Source of the DNA: Azolla caroliniana
Taxonomy: Eukaryota > Plantae > Polypodiophyta
Assembly (NCBI GenBank): GCA_043228905.1
Contig: JBHGNT010000011.1
Coordinates: forward strand, 7,192,001-7,256,000
DNA length: 64,000 nt
Direction of reading: 5' to 3'
This document shows, in pieces, positions 62,494 to 64,000 of this stretch (its first letter is position 1; each line of letters starts with the position of its first letter). The notes beneath the pieces are model-generated. The model made no database searches. It had not been told where the DNA came from and saw only the letters and a list, made by a program, of their open reading frames with translations. The position numbers and the translations under genes are program-made.

Positions 62494-64000
62494 TGTTGGG
62501 AGACAGGTCCCTCCTGATGGGAAGGGAGAAGAACAATGCTGATGAACAAACTCCGCCGAGGCCGATAGGCCGAGGCCGAAACCGGATGAGGAGTACCCGA
62601 CTACGGAGAGCCGGATGGTGCAGACCCGGTGAGAACCGGATGAGGAGTACCCGGCCACGGAGAGCTGGATGGTGCAGACCCAGTGAGGAATGCTCACTGG
62701 ATGAAGAGACATATTCATAAATATGTTTCTGAGAGCCCATCGAGGCTATATTTGTAAATAGCCGAAAAGTCATATTAGTATAAATATGACTTAGGGCAAA
62801 CTTATAGTAACTATTGTTGTCATTTTTCTTGTTGGTGCAAGAAGAAGAAGAGAGAGCACGTAACAGTGTACAGAGAGAGAGAGAGAGAGAGAAAGAGGTT
62901 GCTGCCTCTATTGTAACCGCCGCATGTGGCGAAGATCGTGAGCACGAGGTCGTTGCCTCCGTGAACTCACTGTTTGTACATTCCAACATAGTGATAGTTT
63001 GTAGCCTGTGGGCTGCCGTGGTTTTTCCCTTAGTTTGGGTTTTCCACGTAAACATCCTATGCACCTTTTCTCTCCTTTGTGTCGTGTTTTCTTTCCGTTT
63101 CCTGTTTTTTGTGTATGATTCTAAGCTCGGTTGTGGCCGAGCGTTGTGCAAAAGGAGCGTTGAGTTCCCGTCAAGTGGTATCAGAGCAAAACGACACAGA
63201 AAATGGACGAATTGTTTGGCAGCATTTCAAGCTCACCGGCTCCAACTATTCAGTGTGGAAGTCGAAGATGAGGGACATGCTCGTGGTTAAAGACCTCTGG
63301 CTGTCGGTTCAGTTCGGGGACAAGAGACCGGACAAAATTGACGCTGCGATATGGGAGGTGATGCACATGAAGACAACGACGTACATACGGTGTTTCATCG
63401 ACATGAGCATGTACAACAACTTCAATGAAGAGAGCAATAAGCTCATGAGCTCTGGGAGAAGATCGGCATAATGTTTCAAAACAAAAATGCTGTTAATCAG
63501 GTTTCGGTGTTCCGGAAGCTAGTAAGACTCCGGTACCAAGATGGCTCGAGCATGGCGGAGTACATGAATGCCTTCCAGGGGCTGATACACCAGGCAACAT
63601 AATTGGAAGTACCTCTCGCCGACGAGGTACTAGCACTACTCCTGCTCGGTTCCCTCCCGGATAGCTGGGAGACGTTGGTCGTCACTTTGGGCAACGCCGG
63701 GCCGGAAGGAAAACGGTTATCCCTAGCAAGAGTGAATTCGAGCTTACTGGATGAGGAGGCGCGTCGGAAAGATAAGGATACGAGCTCCGACTCCAAAGCG
63801 CTCCTTACCGAATCGGAACACGGAAGACATAGAAACCGTAGTCCCCAGAACCGGGAGAAGTCAAGGGGGAGGCCTACTTGCTTCTATTGCGGCAAGCCGG
63901 GACACTTCCAGAAGAACTGTCGGTATTTCCGTAAAGACAAGGAAACCGACGGCACTGATTCGAAGCGGACACCGGACCAGAACGGTAAAGATCGTAGGGG
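62494..64000 (+). mobile_element. 5' part of a Ty1/copia element (LTR 62494-63173, PBS 63176-63187, degenerate gag), running off the window
   Basis: TGTTGGG...GTCA LTR, perfect TGGTATCAGAGC, FKLTGSNYSVWKSKMRDML, CFYCGKPGHFQKNC. Confidence 0.92.

Noticed and set aside
62420-63290. 243-aa and other ORFs in LTRs (also 791-1129, 5568-5978, 41505-42093)
   Set aside because: They lie in LTR or repeat sequence with no domain motifs.

Overview
Eukaryotic, land-plant-type (probably non-seed plant; inference) transposon-dense DNA with no ordinary host gene. Most of the window is a nested stack of decayed Ty1/copia elements, plus one Ty3/gypsy element with a long extra 3' ORF, solo LTRs, a 5'-truncated LINE and minisatellite/low-complexity tracts. 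The standout is a 8,993-bp cut-and-paste DNA transposon (48007-56999) inserted in a copia gag. It has 36-bp TIRs (35/36 identical), a 4-bp AAGA target-site duplication and an uninterrupted 926-aa Sola1/DUF7869-like DDD transposase. It also carries a divergently transcribed six-exon cargo gene encoding a ParB/Srx-like domain fused to a prokaryote-type beta-class amino (N6-adenine/N4-cytosine) DNA methyltransferase. Intron 1 of the cargo gene holds six CpG-rich palindromes. A diverged relic of the same methyltransferase family lies at 45887-46603. Once the intervening LTR insertions are removed, that relic sits tail-to-tail with a second, Sola2-like transposase relic (6749-7618). All family assignments are by-eye motif recognition; no database search was run.
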